This document shows positions 46,294 to 56,488 of a DNA stretch of 64,000 bases, in pieces (the stretch's first letter is position 1; each line of letters starts with the position of its first letter). The notes under the pieces were generated by a model that saw only the letters and a program-made list of their open reading frames with translations, did not search any database and was not told where the DNA came from. The DNA lies in assembly GCA_963649615.1 (NCBI GenBank), contig CAVJIN010000001.1, forward strand, positions 12,307 to 76,306. Reading direction: 5' to 3'. Position numbers and translations under genes: made by a program. This DNA comes from a bacterium (GTDB lineage Bacteria; Spirochaetota; Spirochaetia; Sphaerochaetales; Sphaerochaetaceae).

Positions 46294-47041
46294 GAGCAAG
46301 CACCTCCTTTGCTAAAGAATTATAAGCTTTTGAGCCAGAACAACTATTGTCATAAGCATTTACAGGCAATCCATGAGAAGGAGCCTCACTTAATCTAACA
46401 TTTCTTGGTATTTTTGTATCAAAAACAAGATCCTTAAAATAAACTGAAATATCTTCCACTACTTCATTATTAAGATTTGACCGGCTAGAATACATAGTAA
46501 AAACAATCCCTAAAACCTTCAATCTTGGATTTAAATACTTGTTCACAGAGGAAATTGTTCTTAAAAGTAAATTCAAACCCTCCATTGCAAAATATTCACA
46601 TTGCATTGGAATAATTACACTATCTGCCCAACAAAGAGCATTCATTGTTACAAGATCTAATGCAGGAGGACAATCAGCAAAAATAAAATCATACTGTTTT
46701 TCTATGGGAGTTAAGGCTTCTTTAAGAAAGAATTCTCTATTTTTTTCATCAACAAGCTCAACAGCAAGCCCCGCCATATTAATTCCACCACTCAAACAAT
46801 ATAAATTATTAACTGGGGTACTCTGAATGGCTGAAAAATCTGCTTCATCTGCTAAAATTTCATAAATGCCAGGCTTAGAAGTGTCTGCGGAAACAGAACT
46901 GGATAAGTTTCCTTGAGAATCCAAATCAACAAGAAGAACTTTATAACCCTCTTTTGCTAATGCGGATCCCACATTAACTGCAGTCGTAGTTTTTCCTACG
47001 CCACCTTTTTGATTAAGAAAGATTATTTTATGTGCTAACAT
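46283..47041 (-). CDS. parA: Chromosome partitioning ATPase ParA/Soj
   Basis: Deviant Walker A NQKGGVGKTT and a typical length of 252 aa. Confidence 0.85.
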   Translation of the reverse strand: MLAHKIIFLNQKGGVGKTTTAVNVGSALAKEGYKVLLVDLDSQGNLSSSVSADTSKPGIYEILADEADFSAIQSTPVNNLYCLSGGINMAGLAVELVDEKNREFFLKEALTPIEKQYDFIFADCPPALDLVTMNALCWADSVIIPMQCEYFAMEGLNLLLRTISSVNKYLNPRLKVLGIVFTMYSSRSNLNNEVVEDISVYFKDLVFDTKIPRNVRLSEAPSHGLPVNAYDNSCSGSKAYNSLAKEVLARAN

Positions 47042-47133
47042 ACTTTTATAATAAGATAAAAAGCATTAAAAGTCATCATTTTGTTGACTTAAAACCACCA
47101 ATTAGACACAATAAGACATAAGGAGACATAAAA

Positions 47134-47373
47134 ATGGACAATCTTGAACAAAAAGTCAAAGAAGCTCTTGAGAGTATTCGCCCTTCACTCCAAAACGATG
47201 GAGGAGATATTGAATTTGTCAAAATTGAAGGAAGCAAAGTCTATGTAAAACTTAAAGGTGCTTGCGCAGGCTGCATGATGGCTCAAATGACATTAAAAAA
47301 CGGTGTTGAAAGAATGCTTAAATATAATGTAGATGAGAATCTTGAAGTTGAAAACCTTCCATTTGAAGAATAA
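47134..47373 (+). CDS. NifU C-terminal-domain (Nfu-like) Fe-S protein
   Basis: 79 aa with DGGDIEFV and a CxxC pair (GACAGC). Confidence 0.8.
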   Translation: MDNLEQKVKEALESIRPSLQNDGGDIEFVKIEGSKVYVKLKGACAGCMMAQMTLKNGVERMLKYNVDENLEVENLPFEE

Positions 47374-47377
47374 TTAA

Positions 47378-47393
47378 TGTTTCACGTGAAACA
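47378..47393. other. parS centromere site TGTTTCACGTGAAACA
   Basis: Perfect palindromic match to the canonical parS consensus tGTTNCACGTGAAACa, extended to 18 bp by the flanking A/T. It lies about 340 bp from the parA start. Confidence 0.85.
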
Positions 47394-47399
47394 TAAAAA

Positions 47400-47431
47400 G
47401 CCAGACAAAAAAAGTCTGGCTTTTCTTTTTT
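47400..47431 (+). terminator. Rho-independent terminator after the Nfu-like gene
   Basis: GCCAGAC-A7-GTCTGGC followed by TTTTCTTTTTT. Confidence 0.75.
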
Positions 47432-47543
47432 CTAAATCTTCTTTTAACGTATTTCAAACACCTTAACTTTTTAGATAACTATTTTTTAGACACTCTTTAT
47501 TTTTTTACTTACTTGGTCTTTTTTTGAATTTTTCTTAAAACAC

Positions 47544-47576
47544 AAAAAAACTGCATTCCAATAGCCTAGAATGCAG
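47544..47576 (-). terminator. Rho-independent terminator of gyrA
   Basis: On the minus strand CTGCATTC-N10-GAATGCAG is followed by T7. Confidence 0.7.
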
Positions 47577-47635
47577 TTTTTATAGTGCGTTACTATTAAT
47601 AGTAACAGAATAATGTGGGTTTTTACTCCCTGTTT

Positions 47636-50161
47636 TTACTCCTTTTTTTCTTCATTTAGAACTTCACTAGGAACAGATTCTTTTATTCCGTTCTCGGAAG
47701 AATTTACAACTTCTGTTGTATCTTCTATTTCATCTTCTTGGTAATCAGTAACAGTCATAGCAACAATGTAATCATCTTCTGTCTTCATTTTGACAATATT
47801 AACTCCTGTTGCAGCTCTTCCCTGACTTGAAATTCCGTTAACATGAGTTCTTATTGTTTGTCCTTTTTTGGTTATACAAACAAGGTCATTTTCATCGTTA
47901 ACTCCAAGTGCAGAAACAAGATATGTTCCAGTGGAAAGCTTATAAATAAGCTGTCCCATTGTTCCTCTTCCATGAGCTTTAAACAAATCAAAATCAACTT
48001 GTTTTCCTTTTCCTTGCTCTGTAACAAGAACAATGTTCTTATTCTGTTCAACCTTTACGAGACCAATAACTTCATCATCTTCTGCAAGTTTGATTCCTCT
48101 TACACCATGAGCAGTTCTTCCCATAACTCTTACATCATCTACGCTGAATCTAAGACCTTTACCTTTTTTAGTAACAATCATAGCTTCATCTCCAGGATGT
48201 ACAAACTCACATTTAATAAGAGAATCTCCTTCGTCAAGGATAATTGCCTTGATACCGTTCTTTCGTGCATTAATAAAGGAATTTAAAGCAACCTGCTTTA
48301 CAACACCCTGACTTGTTGCCATGAGAATGTATTCATCTTCAGCAAAATCTTTAAAATCAATAATTGCAGAAACACTTTCTCCTGCTTCCATCTTTGGTAA
48401 AACAGCTTTAAGACTTACACCTTTTCCAACTTTTTGTCCTTCTGGAAGTTCCCACACTTCAAGACAGAAAGCCTTTCCAAGGTTTGTCATAAACAAAATG
48501 TGATCATGTGAAAATGCAGAGAACATATGCTCGACAAAATCTTCATCTCTTAACAAGGCACCTTTAACTCCTTTTCCTCCACGAGCTTGAGACTTATATT
48601 CATCTGCAGAAACTCTCTTAACAAAACCTTTATTAGTAATGACAACAACAACGTCTTCTTTTTTAATAAAGTCTTTATCAACAAAACCACCAACTTCTTT
48701 AAAGTCAATTTCTGTTCTTCTGTCATCACCATATTCAGCTGAGAGTTCATGAATTTCCTTCTCTACTTCGCCCATGAATTTAACTTCATCAGAAAGCAAT
48801 TCTCTATAGAAAGCAATTTTTACTTCAAGCTCTTTTAACTCATCTATAATTTCTTGAGTTTCAAGATGACTTAATCTTCCAAGCCTCATTTGAATAATTG
48901 CATTTGCTTGCTTATCAGAAAGAGCAAATCTTCCTTGTAACGTTAAAGAAGCTTCTGCGTTATCTGCTGCTTTTTTTATAATTTCAATTACTTCATCTAT
49001 ATTCTCAAGACCAACTTTTAAACCAAGAAGAATATGCTCTCTTTCAAGTGCCTTATTAAGTTCAAATTGAGTTCTTCTTCTAATGACTTCCTTTCTGTGA
49101 TCAAGATAACATTGAAGCATTTGTTTGAGGTTGAGACACTTTGGACGACCATTAACCAATGCTAAATTATTAACATTGAAGTTACTCTCAAGCTGTGTAT
49201 TCATAAACAAATGACGTACTACAATCTCAGGAACAGCATCTTTTTTTAACTCAATGACAACTCTTATTCCATCGCGCCCGGATTCATCTCTAATTTCAGA
49301 AATATCTTTAAGGGTGTCTTCTTTTCTTAAAGCATCAATATGTTTTACCAGTTCAGCTTTATTAACCTGATAAGGAATTTCAGTAAAAACTATGGCATCA
49401 TGAGTCTTGTGTTCTTCTATGTGGTAACGACCTCTCATGACAATCTTGCCATGTCCTGTTTCAAAGGCATCTCTAATTCCCTTAACACCACAAACAATAC
49501 CTGCAGTAGGGAAGTCAGGTCCTTTTATGTAATTCATTAATTCTAAGACTGAAATCTCTGGATTTTCAATTAAAGCACAAAGAGCATCACATATTTCTCT
49601 TAAATTGTGTGGTGGCATATTAGTAGCCATACCAACAGCAATTCCACTGGTTCCATTTGCCAAAAGGAAAGGAAAACCAGCTGGAAGGACCTCAGGTTCT
49701 TTTAAAGACTCATCAAAGTTTGGGACAAAGTTTACCGTGTCTTTGTCTATATCAGCAAGCATAAGCTCGCCCATTTTGCTCATCTTTGCTTCTGTATACC
49801 TGTAAGCTGCTGGTGGGTCTCCATCTATAGAACCAAAGTTTCCTTGTGGTTTGATTACTGGATATCTTAGAGAGAAATCTTGAGCAAGTCTTACCAATGC
49901 ATCATAAACTGAAGCATCTCCATGTGGGTGAAATTTACCAAGAACATCACCAACGGTTCTTGCACACTTCTTAAAACTCCCAGTAGATTTGATACCTAAA
50001 TCATACATATCGTACAGGATTCTTCTATGTACAGGTTTAAGTCCGTCGCGGGCATCTGGAAGAGCTCTACTGACTATAACAGACATTGCATAGTCTAGAT
50101 AAGCTTTCTTCATTTCTTCTGAAAGATCCCTTATAAACACTCTATTTTCATTATTTTCCAT
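47636..50161 (-). CDS. gyrA: DNA gyrase subunit A
   Basis: The QRDR region reads [17 protein letters not shown], with the active-site Tyr context [10 protein letters not shown] and C-terminal beta-pinwheel repeats. Confidence 0.95.
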   Translation of the reverse strand: MENNENRVFIRDLSEEMKKAYLDYAMSVIVSRALPDARDGLKPVHRRILYDMYDLGIKSTGSFKKCARTVGDVLGKFHPHGDASVYDALVRLAQDFSLRYPVIKPQGNFGSIDGDPPAAYRYTEAKMSKMGELMLADIDKDTVNFVPNFDESLKEPEVLPAGFPFLLANGTSGIAVGMATNMPPHNLREICDALCALIENPEISVLELMNYIKGPDFPTAGIVCGVKGIRDAFETGHGKIVMRGRYHIEEHKTHDAIVFTEIPYQVNKAELVKHIDALRKEDTLKDISEIRDESGRDGIRVVIELKKDAVPEIVVRHLFMNTQLESNFNVNNLALVNGRPKCLNLKQMLQCYLDHRKEVIRRRTQFELNKALEREHILLGLKVGLENIDEVIEIIKKAADNAEASLTLQGRFALSDKQANAIIQMRLGRLSHLETQEIIDELKELEVKIAFYRELLSDEVKFMGEVEKEIHELSAEYGDDRRTEIDFKEVGGFVDKDFIKKEDVVVVITNKGFVKRVSADEYKSQARGGKGVKGALLRDEDFVEHMFSAFSHDHILFMTNLGKAFCLEVWELPEGQKVGKGVSLKAVLPKMEAGESVSAIIDFKDFAEDEYILMATSQGVVKQVALNSFINARKNGIKAIILDEGDSLIKCEFVHPGDEAMIVTKKGKGLRFSVDDVRVMGRTAHGVRGIKLAEDDEVIGLVKVEQNKNIVLVTEQGKGKQVDFDLFKAHGRGTMGQLIYKLSTGTYLVSALGVNDENDLVCITKKGQTIRTHVNGISSQGRAATGVNIVKMKTEDDYIVAMTVTDYQEDEIEDTTEVVNSSENGIKESVPSEVLNEEKKE

Positions 50162-50175
50162 ACATTACTCCAAAA

Positions 50176-52212
50176 TTAGGCATCTATTTGTGCGTAAGTT
50201 GCGTTTTTCTCAATAAAGTCTCTTCTTGGCTCAACTTCCTCTCCCATAAGCATAGAGAACACCTGATCTGCTTCAACAGCGTCATTTAAATGAACCTGAG
50301 AAATAAATCTCGTTTCAGGATTCATTGTGGTCTCCCAAAGCTGTTCTGGGTTCATTTCACCAAGACCTTTATAACGTTGAACCTTTACATTTTTGGAATC
50401 ACTTTCAGTTTCTCCGTTACTAGCAAGAATCTCTGCCTTTTCATTATCATCAAACGCATAATAGTCTTTACCTTTTATTGAAATCTTGTAGAGAGGTGGC
50501 ATTGCAAAATAAACATAACCTGCCTCAATCAAAGGTCTCATATACCTAAAAAAGAAAGTCAAAAGAAGAGTTCTAATATGAGAGCCATCAACATCAGCAT
50601 CAGCCATAATAATGACTTTATGATAGCGTGCTCTTGAAGGATCAAAGGAAGCACCAAGCCCTGCACCAATTGAGTCAATGACAGGTTGAAGTTTCTCATT
50701 TCCTTCAACTTTATCCTCTCTTGTTTTCTCTACATTCAACATTTTTCCCCAAAGCGGAAGAATAGCTTGAGTTCTTCTATCTCTTCCGTTCTTTGCACTT
50801 CCACCTGCAGAATCTCCCTCTACAATGAAAATTTCGCACTGTGACGGGTCTTTTTCAGAACAGTCGGCTAATTTCCCGGGCAAACTCGTTGAACTCTTTT
50901 TGCGGGCATTTTCGCGTGCCTTCTTGGCTGCAATTCTTGCTTTAGATGATGCGATAGTTTTTACAAGGATTGGCAATACCTCACTTGGATTCTCATCAAA
51001 GTAGTCATTAAGCTTTTGATACACAAAACTTTGCACCAGGCCCTGTACATAGGAATTACCAAGCTTCATCTTGGTTTGTCCTTCAAATTGAGGATTTGTA
51101 ATCTTCACTGAAATAACAGCACTTAAACCCTCTCTCACGTCCGAATTAAATCCCTCTTTGAAATCATCAGACTCAAAAAAAGCTTCTTCCTTTTTATTTT
51201 TGCCGATAATTTCTTTCATATGAACACTAAGTTGGTTTCTAATAGCTGCTACCAAACCAGTAGTGAATCCAATAAGGTGTTTTCCCCCTTCTCTTGTGTT
51301 GATATTATTAGCAAAAGAGTGAAGGTTTTCATCAAACCTATCGTTGTACTGTAAAGCAAACTCAATTATTGCTGATCCGTTATCATTTGACCTTTCTCCA
51401 GCAAAGTAAATAGGAGAGGACCCTTCAGGAATAACTTTCTTATTTGTGTTGATAAAACTTACAAAGTCTTTTATACCACCATCAAAATGGAAAACCTTTT
51501 CTTCAGGATTTTCTTCTCTATTATCAACTGCAGTAATTGTGACACCTTTGTTAAGAAAGGCAAGTTCACGAAATCTTTCACATAGAATAGAGAAGTTAAA
51601 GTTATCGGATTCCATAATTGTGGTATCAGGATGAAATTTAATCACAGTACCAGTTCTATCTGTATTACCTATCTTTTTCACAGACTCCACAGGAACACCA
51701 TAATGGTACTCTTGCATATACTTGTCTGGATTTCTATGTACAACTGCCTCTAGGTAATCAGAAAGGGCATTAACAACACTAACACCAACACCATGCAAAC
51801 CACCAGAAACTTTATAGGCTCCACCGTTAAATTTTCCTCCTGCATGAAGGTGACATAAAGCAACTTCGAGAGTGCTTATTCCTTCTGTAGGGTGAATATC
51901 AACTGGAATTCCTCTTCCATTGTCTTCAACCGTTACAAAGTTTCCTTTATCTATTGTTACTCTAATATTGTCACAATAACCTGCAACAGCCTCATCTATT
52001 GAGTTATCAACAACTTCATACACAAGGTGATGAAGTCCTTCAGGGCCTGTTGAACCAATATACATACCCGGTCTTACACGAACAGCTTCAAGTCCTTTTA
52101 AAACTTGAATATTTTCTCCTGTGTAATTTTCAGAAGCATGTGTCATTTCTGCAACGTCTTCATGCTGAGCAGGCATTACTTTCTCTGGATTCATTGTTTC
52201 TTCATTCATCAA
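50176..52212 (-). CDS. gyrB: DNA gyrase subunit B
   Basis: GLEAVRVRPGMYIG, the GHKL ATPase motifs, Toprim EGDSAGG, and PLWGKMLNV. Confidence 0.95.
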   Translation of the reverse strand: MMNEETMNPEKVMPAQHEDVAEMTHASENYTGENIQVLKGLEAVRVRPGMYIGSTGPEGLHHLVYEVVDNSIDEAVAGYCDNIRVTIDKGNFVTVEDNGRGIPVDIHPTEGISTLEVALCHLHAGGKFNGGAYKVSGGLHGVGVSVVNALSDYLEAVVHRNPDKYMQEYHYGVPVESVKKIGNTDRTGTVIKFHPDTTIMESDNFNFSILCERFRELAFLNKGVTITAVDNREENPEEKVFHFDGGIKDFVSFINTNKKVIPEGSSPIYFAGERSNDNGSAIIEFALQYNDRFDENLHSFANNINTREGGKHLIGFTTGLVAAIRNQLSVHMKEIIGKNKKEEAFFESDDFKEGFNSDVREGLSAVISVKITNPQFEGQTKMKLGNSYVQGLVQSFVYQKLNDYFDENPSEVLPILVKTIASSKARIAAKKARENARKKSSTSLPGKLADCSEKDPSQCEIFIVEGDSAGGSAKNGRDRRTQAILPLWGKMLNVEKTREDKVEGNEKLQPVIDSIGAGLGASFDPSRARYHKVIIMADADVDGSHIRTLLLTFFFRYMRPLIEAGYVYFAMPPLYKISIKGKDYYAFDDNEKAEILASNGETESDSKNVKVQRYKGLGEMNPEQLWETTMNPETRFISQVHLNDAVEADQVFSMLMGEEVEPRRDFIEKNATYAQIDA

Positions 52213-52346
52213 AAATGAGCCTTCCTATATTAAGATATTCTTGTATAATTATATATTATTATAAGGTGAGCCTCAAGCACTCCAAATGTAATAATTACCC
52301 TTATTTCAACTTGAAAAGGCGGGTGTTAACGTATATCATTTGTCCT

Positions 52347-53741
52347 ATGCCAACAAAAGATGACTTGTTTTATGCAGAACTATGGGAAAAAACAATTTCT
52401 CAGATAAAAACCACTCTTCCAGAGAGTGAATTTGTTACATGGTTTTCACGTCTTGTATTTGGAAAAGAAGAAGGTGGGACAATTACTCTCTATACAACTT
52501 CAACCTTTGTAAAAGAAAAGTTTGAAGAAACATATAAAAGTCTCATTGAAAACACAATAAGTGAACTTGGAGACAAACCTTGCTTTGTTAAATTTGAAGT
52601 AAAAAAAGATGCTCAAAAACCAACTAATAGTGAAAAAACCAAAGAAATAGAGAAAAATAGGACATTATTAGAGAAAAATATACAGAAAAAAAAGAAAGCA
52701 GATGATTTAATGTTTAATCCTAATTACACTTTTGATTCTTTTGTTTCTGGCGATAATAGTAGCTTTGCTTACAATGCTTGTTTGGCAATTGCAAACAATC
52801 CTGGTTCTGCTTATAACCCTTGTCTTTTATACGGAGGAGTTGGTCTTGGAAAAACACATCTTATCCAAAGTATTGGAAATTACATAAGAAGTACTACAAA
52901 TTTAAAAGTCGTCTATATTACAGCTGAGAACTTTACAAATGAGTTTATTCAATCTGTTAATGATAAAAATTCACAGCAGTTTAAAAATAAATACAGAAAA
53001 GCGGAAGTTCTCTTGATTGACGATATCCACTTTCTTCAAAAAAAAGAAGGAACGCAGGAAGAACTTTTTAACACTTTCAATGATCTTTATGACACTGGAA
53101 GACAAATAGTTTTTACCTGTGATAGGCCGGTAGAGGAATTAAAAGATATTTCAGATAGACTTAAAAGCAGATTCTCAAGAGGATTAAATATAGACTTACT
53201 TCCTCCAAATTATGAAACAAGAGTTGCTATTTTAAAGAAAAAATGTCAAGAAAAAGGTGTTTCCTTTAGTAATGAAGTAATTGAATATATTGCTTCAAAT
53301 ATTTCAAGTAACGTGAGAGATCTAGAATCTTGTCTTACTAAGTTAATTGCTTACAGTACATTACTTCATAAGGACATTTCCTTAGAGACAGCAAAAGAAC
53401 AACTAAAACATATTGTAAGTAGAAACAACGATTCTACTGGTGTTTCAATAGATTTAATTATTAAAACAGTTTCAACATACTTTAATGTTTCTCCTTTTGA
53501 AATTAAAGGAAAAAGTAGAAATCAATCTGTTGTTATGCCAAGACAAATTGCAATGTTTCTCTGTAAAGATTTAACAGACTTTTCAACTACTGAAATTGGA
53601 ATGGAATTTGGAGGAAAAAACCATACCACTGTTATGTATAATGTTCAAAAAGTTGAATCAATGCTTAAATCAAGTGAAAAGGATATTAATACAATAATTG
53701 ATAAGTTAAAAAGACAAATTAAAGCTGATTCAAAGAAATAA
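52347..53741 (+). CDS. dnaA: Chromosomal replication initiator DnaA
   Basis: LWEKTISQIK, Walker A GGVGLGKTHL, LLIDDIHFL, and the domain IV block PRQIAMFLCKDLT...GGKNHTTV. The track's start at 51999 is an artefactual extension antisense to gyrB. Confidence 0.9.
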   Translation: MPTKDDLFYAELWEKTISQIKTTLPESEFVTWFSRLVFGKEEGGTITLYTTSTFVKEKFEETYKSLIENTISELGDKPCFVKFEVKKDAQKPTNSEKTKEIEKNRTLLEKNIQKKKKADDLMFNPNYTFDSFVSGDNSSFAYNACLAIANNPGSAYNPCLLYGGVGLGKTHLIQSIGNYIRSTTNLKVVYITAENFTNEFIQSVNDKNSQQFKNKYRKAEVLLIDDIHFLQKKEGTQEELFNTFNDLYDTGRQIVFTCDRPVEELKDISDRLKSRFSRGLNIDLLPPNYETRVAILKKKCQEKGVSFSNEVIEYIASNISSNVRDLESCLTKLIAYSTLLHKDISLETAKEQLKHIVSRNNDSTGVSIDLIIKTVSTYFNVSPFEIKGKSRNQSVVMPRQIAMFLCKDLTDFSTTEIGMEFGGKNHTTVMYNVQKVESMLKSSEKDINTIIDKLKRQIKADSKK

Positions 53742-53756
53742 TCTTTGTTCATAAGT

Positions 53757-53935
53757 TGTTGATAAAAAAAGAAAACTTACTTTCTTGCACATGTATAAAC
53801 AGGTTATACACAATTGTGTTTTAAAAAGTGCTAGACTTATTATTAAATGATTAAAGGAATTACTATTTTTTTGACATTTTTTGTGCTATATTATAACTAC
53901 TAAAATAAAAATTAAATAAATAAAAATAACAAAGG
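53757..53935. other. Candidate oriC (DnaA-box-like 9-mers plus an AT-rich unwinding region)
   Basis: TGTTGATAA (53757-53765) and TTATACACA (53804-53812) each match the 9-mer TTATCCACA / its complement at 8 of 9 positions. TTATACATG (53790-53798, minus strand) matches at 7 of 9. They are followed by an almost pure A/T tract at 53900-53932. Confidence 0.5.
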
Positions 53936-53945
53936 GAGATTGCCA

Positions 53946-55049
53946 ATGAAATTCGTTTGCCAAAAAAATGCAATACTTAAAGAACTGTCAAATGCTCTTG
54001 ATTTTACTTCTCAAAGAAACACTCTTGCTGTTTATGCAAACGTATGTTTAATTCTAGAAGGAAACAATCTTATTATAAAAGCTACAGATCAAAAAATGAG
54101 CTACGTTTCTGAAATTACTGTTCAAGGATTGGTAGACGGTTCAACAACTGTTATTTGCGACAAATTTCTTGAAATTATAAAAAATCTTCCAGAAGATGAG
54201 ATTTCTTTTGAAGATATAGATGATAAATTGACAATTAAGCCTGAAAATAATCGTATTGAGTTTAAGTTAAGAACCATAGAGGCATCGGCATTTCCAAGCT
54301 TGGATTTTGCTGAGGAGAATTCTTTTTTTCAGGTACCACAAAAAGATTTCACAGATATGATTAACCAAGTAATCTTTGCCGTAAGTGATGACGAATCAAA
54401 ATTTGCAATGACTGGTGCTCATTTAGAAAAAAAGGGAAGTTCTCTTGTTTTGGTTGCAACTGATGGAAGAAGGCTTTCATATATCTGTAGAAAGATTGAA
54501 GGAGAAATTCCTGACTTTAGTGGTGCTACTATTCCAAGTAAATTCTTAAATCTTGTAAAAAAGCTTTCTGTTGGAGAAGGTGATTTTGATGTTAGTGTTG
54601 GACAAAATACTATTTCAATTAGATTTGGGAGCTGTACAATTTCCTCAAATCTTATAAAAAACGATTTCCCTGCTTATAAAAGAGTAATTCCTGAAAAGCA
54701 AAATTCTTCTTGTGTTGTTAATATTGATAATCTTTCAAATGCTCTTAAGAGAGTCTCATTGCTTGTTGAAAATAAATACAAGAAGATTGTTATTGAGTTT
54801 ACAGAAAACAAACTGTCAATTTACAGTAATGAAAGTGAAGATGGTATAGGAAGGGAAGAAATAGAGTGTCAGTATGATGGAGAACCCTTAAAAACAGCTA
54901 TGAATTTCACTTATTTGCTTAGTCCTTTAAAGGTAATGGATGGAAAGGAAGCAAAAATTGAATTTAGTGATGCTGGAAGACCTTTTACACTTAAAGCGGA
55001 GCCAGAGAGGGATTATCTACATGTGATAATGCCTATGAATTTAAACTAA
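53946..55049 (+). CDS. dnaN: DNA polymerase III beta sliding clamp
   Basis: Three-domain length (367 aa) and the conserved position after dnaA. ATG at 53946 with an AGGGAG RBS. Confidence 0.9.
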   Translation: MKFVCQKNAILKELSNALDFTSQRNTLAVYANVCLILEGNNLIIKATDQKMSYVSEITVQGLVDGSTTVICDKFLEIIKNLPEDEISFEDIDDKLTIKPENNRIEFKLRTIEASAFPSLDFAEENSFFQVPQKDFTDMINQVIFAVSDDESKFAMTGAHLEKKGSSLVLVATDGRRLSYICRKIEGEIPDFSGATIPSKFLNLVKKLSVGEGDFDVSVGQNTISIRFGSCTISSNLIKNDFPAYKRVIPEKQNSSCVVNIDNLSNALKRVSLLVENKYKKIVIEFTENKLSIYSNESEDGIGREEIECQYDGEPLKTAMNFTYLLSPLKVMDGKEAKIEFSDAGRPFTLKAEPERDYLHVIMPMNLN

Positions 55050-55052
55050 TAG

Positions 55053-56150
55053 ATGCTAATAAAAAGTTTGTCACTAAAAGGATTTCGAAATCTTGTTAAT
55101 TGTGACATTGATACTTCTTATAAACAAGTAATTCTCAAAGGGGAAAATGGGCAAGGTAAAACAAACCTTCTTGAGGCGGTCTATCTTTTATGTTATGGAT
55201 CTTCTTTTAGGACTCAAAATTTAAAAGAGGTTGTTTGTCACGGTGAAGAATTTTTTCGTATAAAATCTATTTTTGAGGATAATCAAAACCTTGAAAGAAA
55301 GGTTGATCTTTCATTTATAGAAGGAAAAAAGAAAATAAGACTTGATGGTTGTGAGATAAAAGATAGAAAAGAGTTAATTTATAGTATTCCTTGTATTGCA
55401 TTTACACATGAAGATATTTCTTTTGTTCGAGGAGAACCTGAAAACAGAAGGAGATTTTTTGATCAAACAATGTCCATGTATGATCCTTCTTTTTTTGATG
55501 ATTTAAGAAGATATAAACTTGTTTTAAGACAAAGAAACGCTGCTATAAAAGAACAACAATATTCACTTTTAGATGTATATGATGAAAAACTCGCATTTTA
55601 CGGACTTCCAATAATGAAAGCTCGTCGTGCTGTTTTAAATTCTTTTTCTACTATTTTTCCTGATATTTATAATGCAGTTTCTTTAGAGGATAGAAAAATT
55701 GAAGTAAAATATAGACCTTCATGGGATGAAGGCAAGAATGTTGACGAAATTATCTCTTCTCTTGGTCAACAAAGAGAGGTTGATATAAAGCTTTCTACAA
55801 CAACGAGTGGTCCTCATAGGGATAGGTTTATAGTTTCTGATTCAAATGGGCCTTTTATTAATTCTGCGTCTACAGGACAAATAAGATTAGCTTCCTTAGT
55901 TTTTAGATCTGCGCAAGCTGTTTTTTTTAGACAAAAGACTGGTCTTAATCCTGTTTTTTTAATAGATGATGTCCTTTTAGAGTTAGATACACCAAAAAGA
56001 GCAAGATATCTTTCATATTTAGGACATTATAATCAAGCTTTCTTTACATTTCTTCCAGAAGAAAAATATTTTGATCCTTTCTTTGATTTAAGTGACGGTT
56101 GTTCTAAAATATATAAGGTCAGTAATGGAAAAATTGAAGATGAAGAATAA
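55053..56150 (+). CDS. recF: DNA replication and repair protein RecF
   Basis: Walker A GENGQGKTN, the signature SGPHRD/STGQ, and Walker B FLIDDV. Confidence 0.9.
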   Translation: MLIKSLSLKGFRNLVNCDIDTSYKQVILKGENGQGKTNLLEAVYLLCYGSSFRTQNLKEVVCHGEEFFRIKSIFEDNQNLERKVDLSFIEGKKKIRLDGCEIKDRKELIYSIPCIAFTHEDISFVRGEPENRRRFFDQTMSMYDPSFFDDLRRYKLVLRQRNAAIKEQQYSLLDVYDEKLAFYGLPIMKARRAVLNSFSTIFPDIYNAVSLEDRKIEVKYRPSWDEGKNVDEIISSLGQQREVDIKLSTTTSGPHRDRFIVSDSNGPFINSASTGQIRLASLVFRSAQAVFFRQKTGLNPVFLIDDVLLELDTPKRARYLSYLGHYNQAFFTFLPEEKYFDPFFDLSDGCSKIYKVSNGKIEDEE

Positions 56151-56487
56151 TTATAAGAAAGACAATTATAAAACTCTTTCTCCTGAGGATCCTGCAGACA
56201 GTGGGGTTTATATTGATAAGATTTTTGAAAGGTTTGGAATAAATATTAATTCTCCTGAGGTTCAATTAAACATAAGATGGTCTGATATTGTTGGAACAGA
56301 ACTAGCCAAGGAAATTTTTTATGAAAAAATTTCAAATGAAACATTATTTATTATTTGTAAAAGTTCTTCCTATGCAAGTTTTGTAAGATTGAATTCCAAC
56401 GACATAATAAAAAAGGTTAATTCAGCTTTTCCTGAATTGAAGATAAAGAAAATATTTTTAAGAGTTTCACCTTATGGGAGGTTTTAA
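56140..56487 (+). CDS. DUF721 (DciA-like) protein
   Basis: W-DIVG--LA...L-I---SS-A--L pattern ([13 protein letters not shown]...[14 protein letters not shown]). It sits directly after recF and overlaps its end. The start could be 56125 or 56140. Confidence 0.7.
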   Translation: MKNNYKKDNYKTLSPEDPADSGVYIDKIFERFGININSPEVQLNIRWSDIVGTELAKEIFYEKISNETLFIICKSSSYASFVRLNSNDIIKKVNSAFPELKIKKIFLRVSPYGRF

Positions 56488-56488
56488 A

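Noticed and set aside
45370-47041. ParA/ParB, together with the TraB-family gene at 41587-42780, as signs of a plasmid or conjugative element
   Set aside because: The context is chromosomal: gyrAB, dnaA, dnaN and parS. The TraB/GumN family is not the conjugative-transfer TraB. No relaxase, T4SS, integrase or repeat boundaries were seen.
52241-52249. TTGTATAAT upstream of dnaA as an extended -10 promoter
   Set aside because: TATAAT is present, but the TG directly abuts it rather than sitting one base upstream, and no reasonable -35 lies at 16-18 bp. It may still be the dnaA -10, but it is too weak to call.
51999-52346. The 116-codon N-terminal extension of the dnaA ORF given in the track
   Set aside because: It runs antisense through the 5' end of gyrB and across the intergenic region. 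The peptide is low-complexity and unlike DnaA. The conserved DnaA N-terminus starts at the ATG at 52347.
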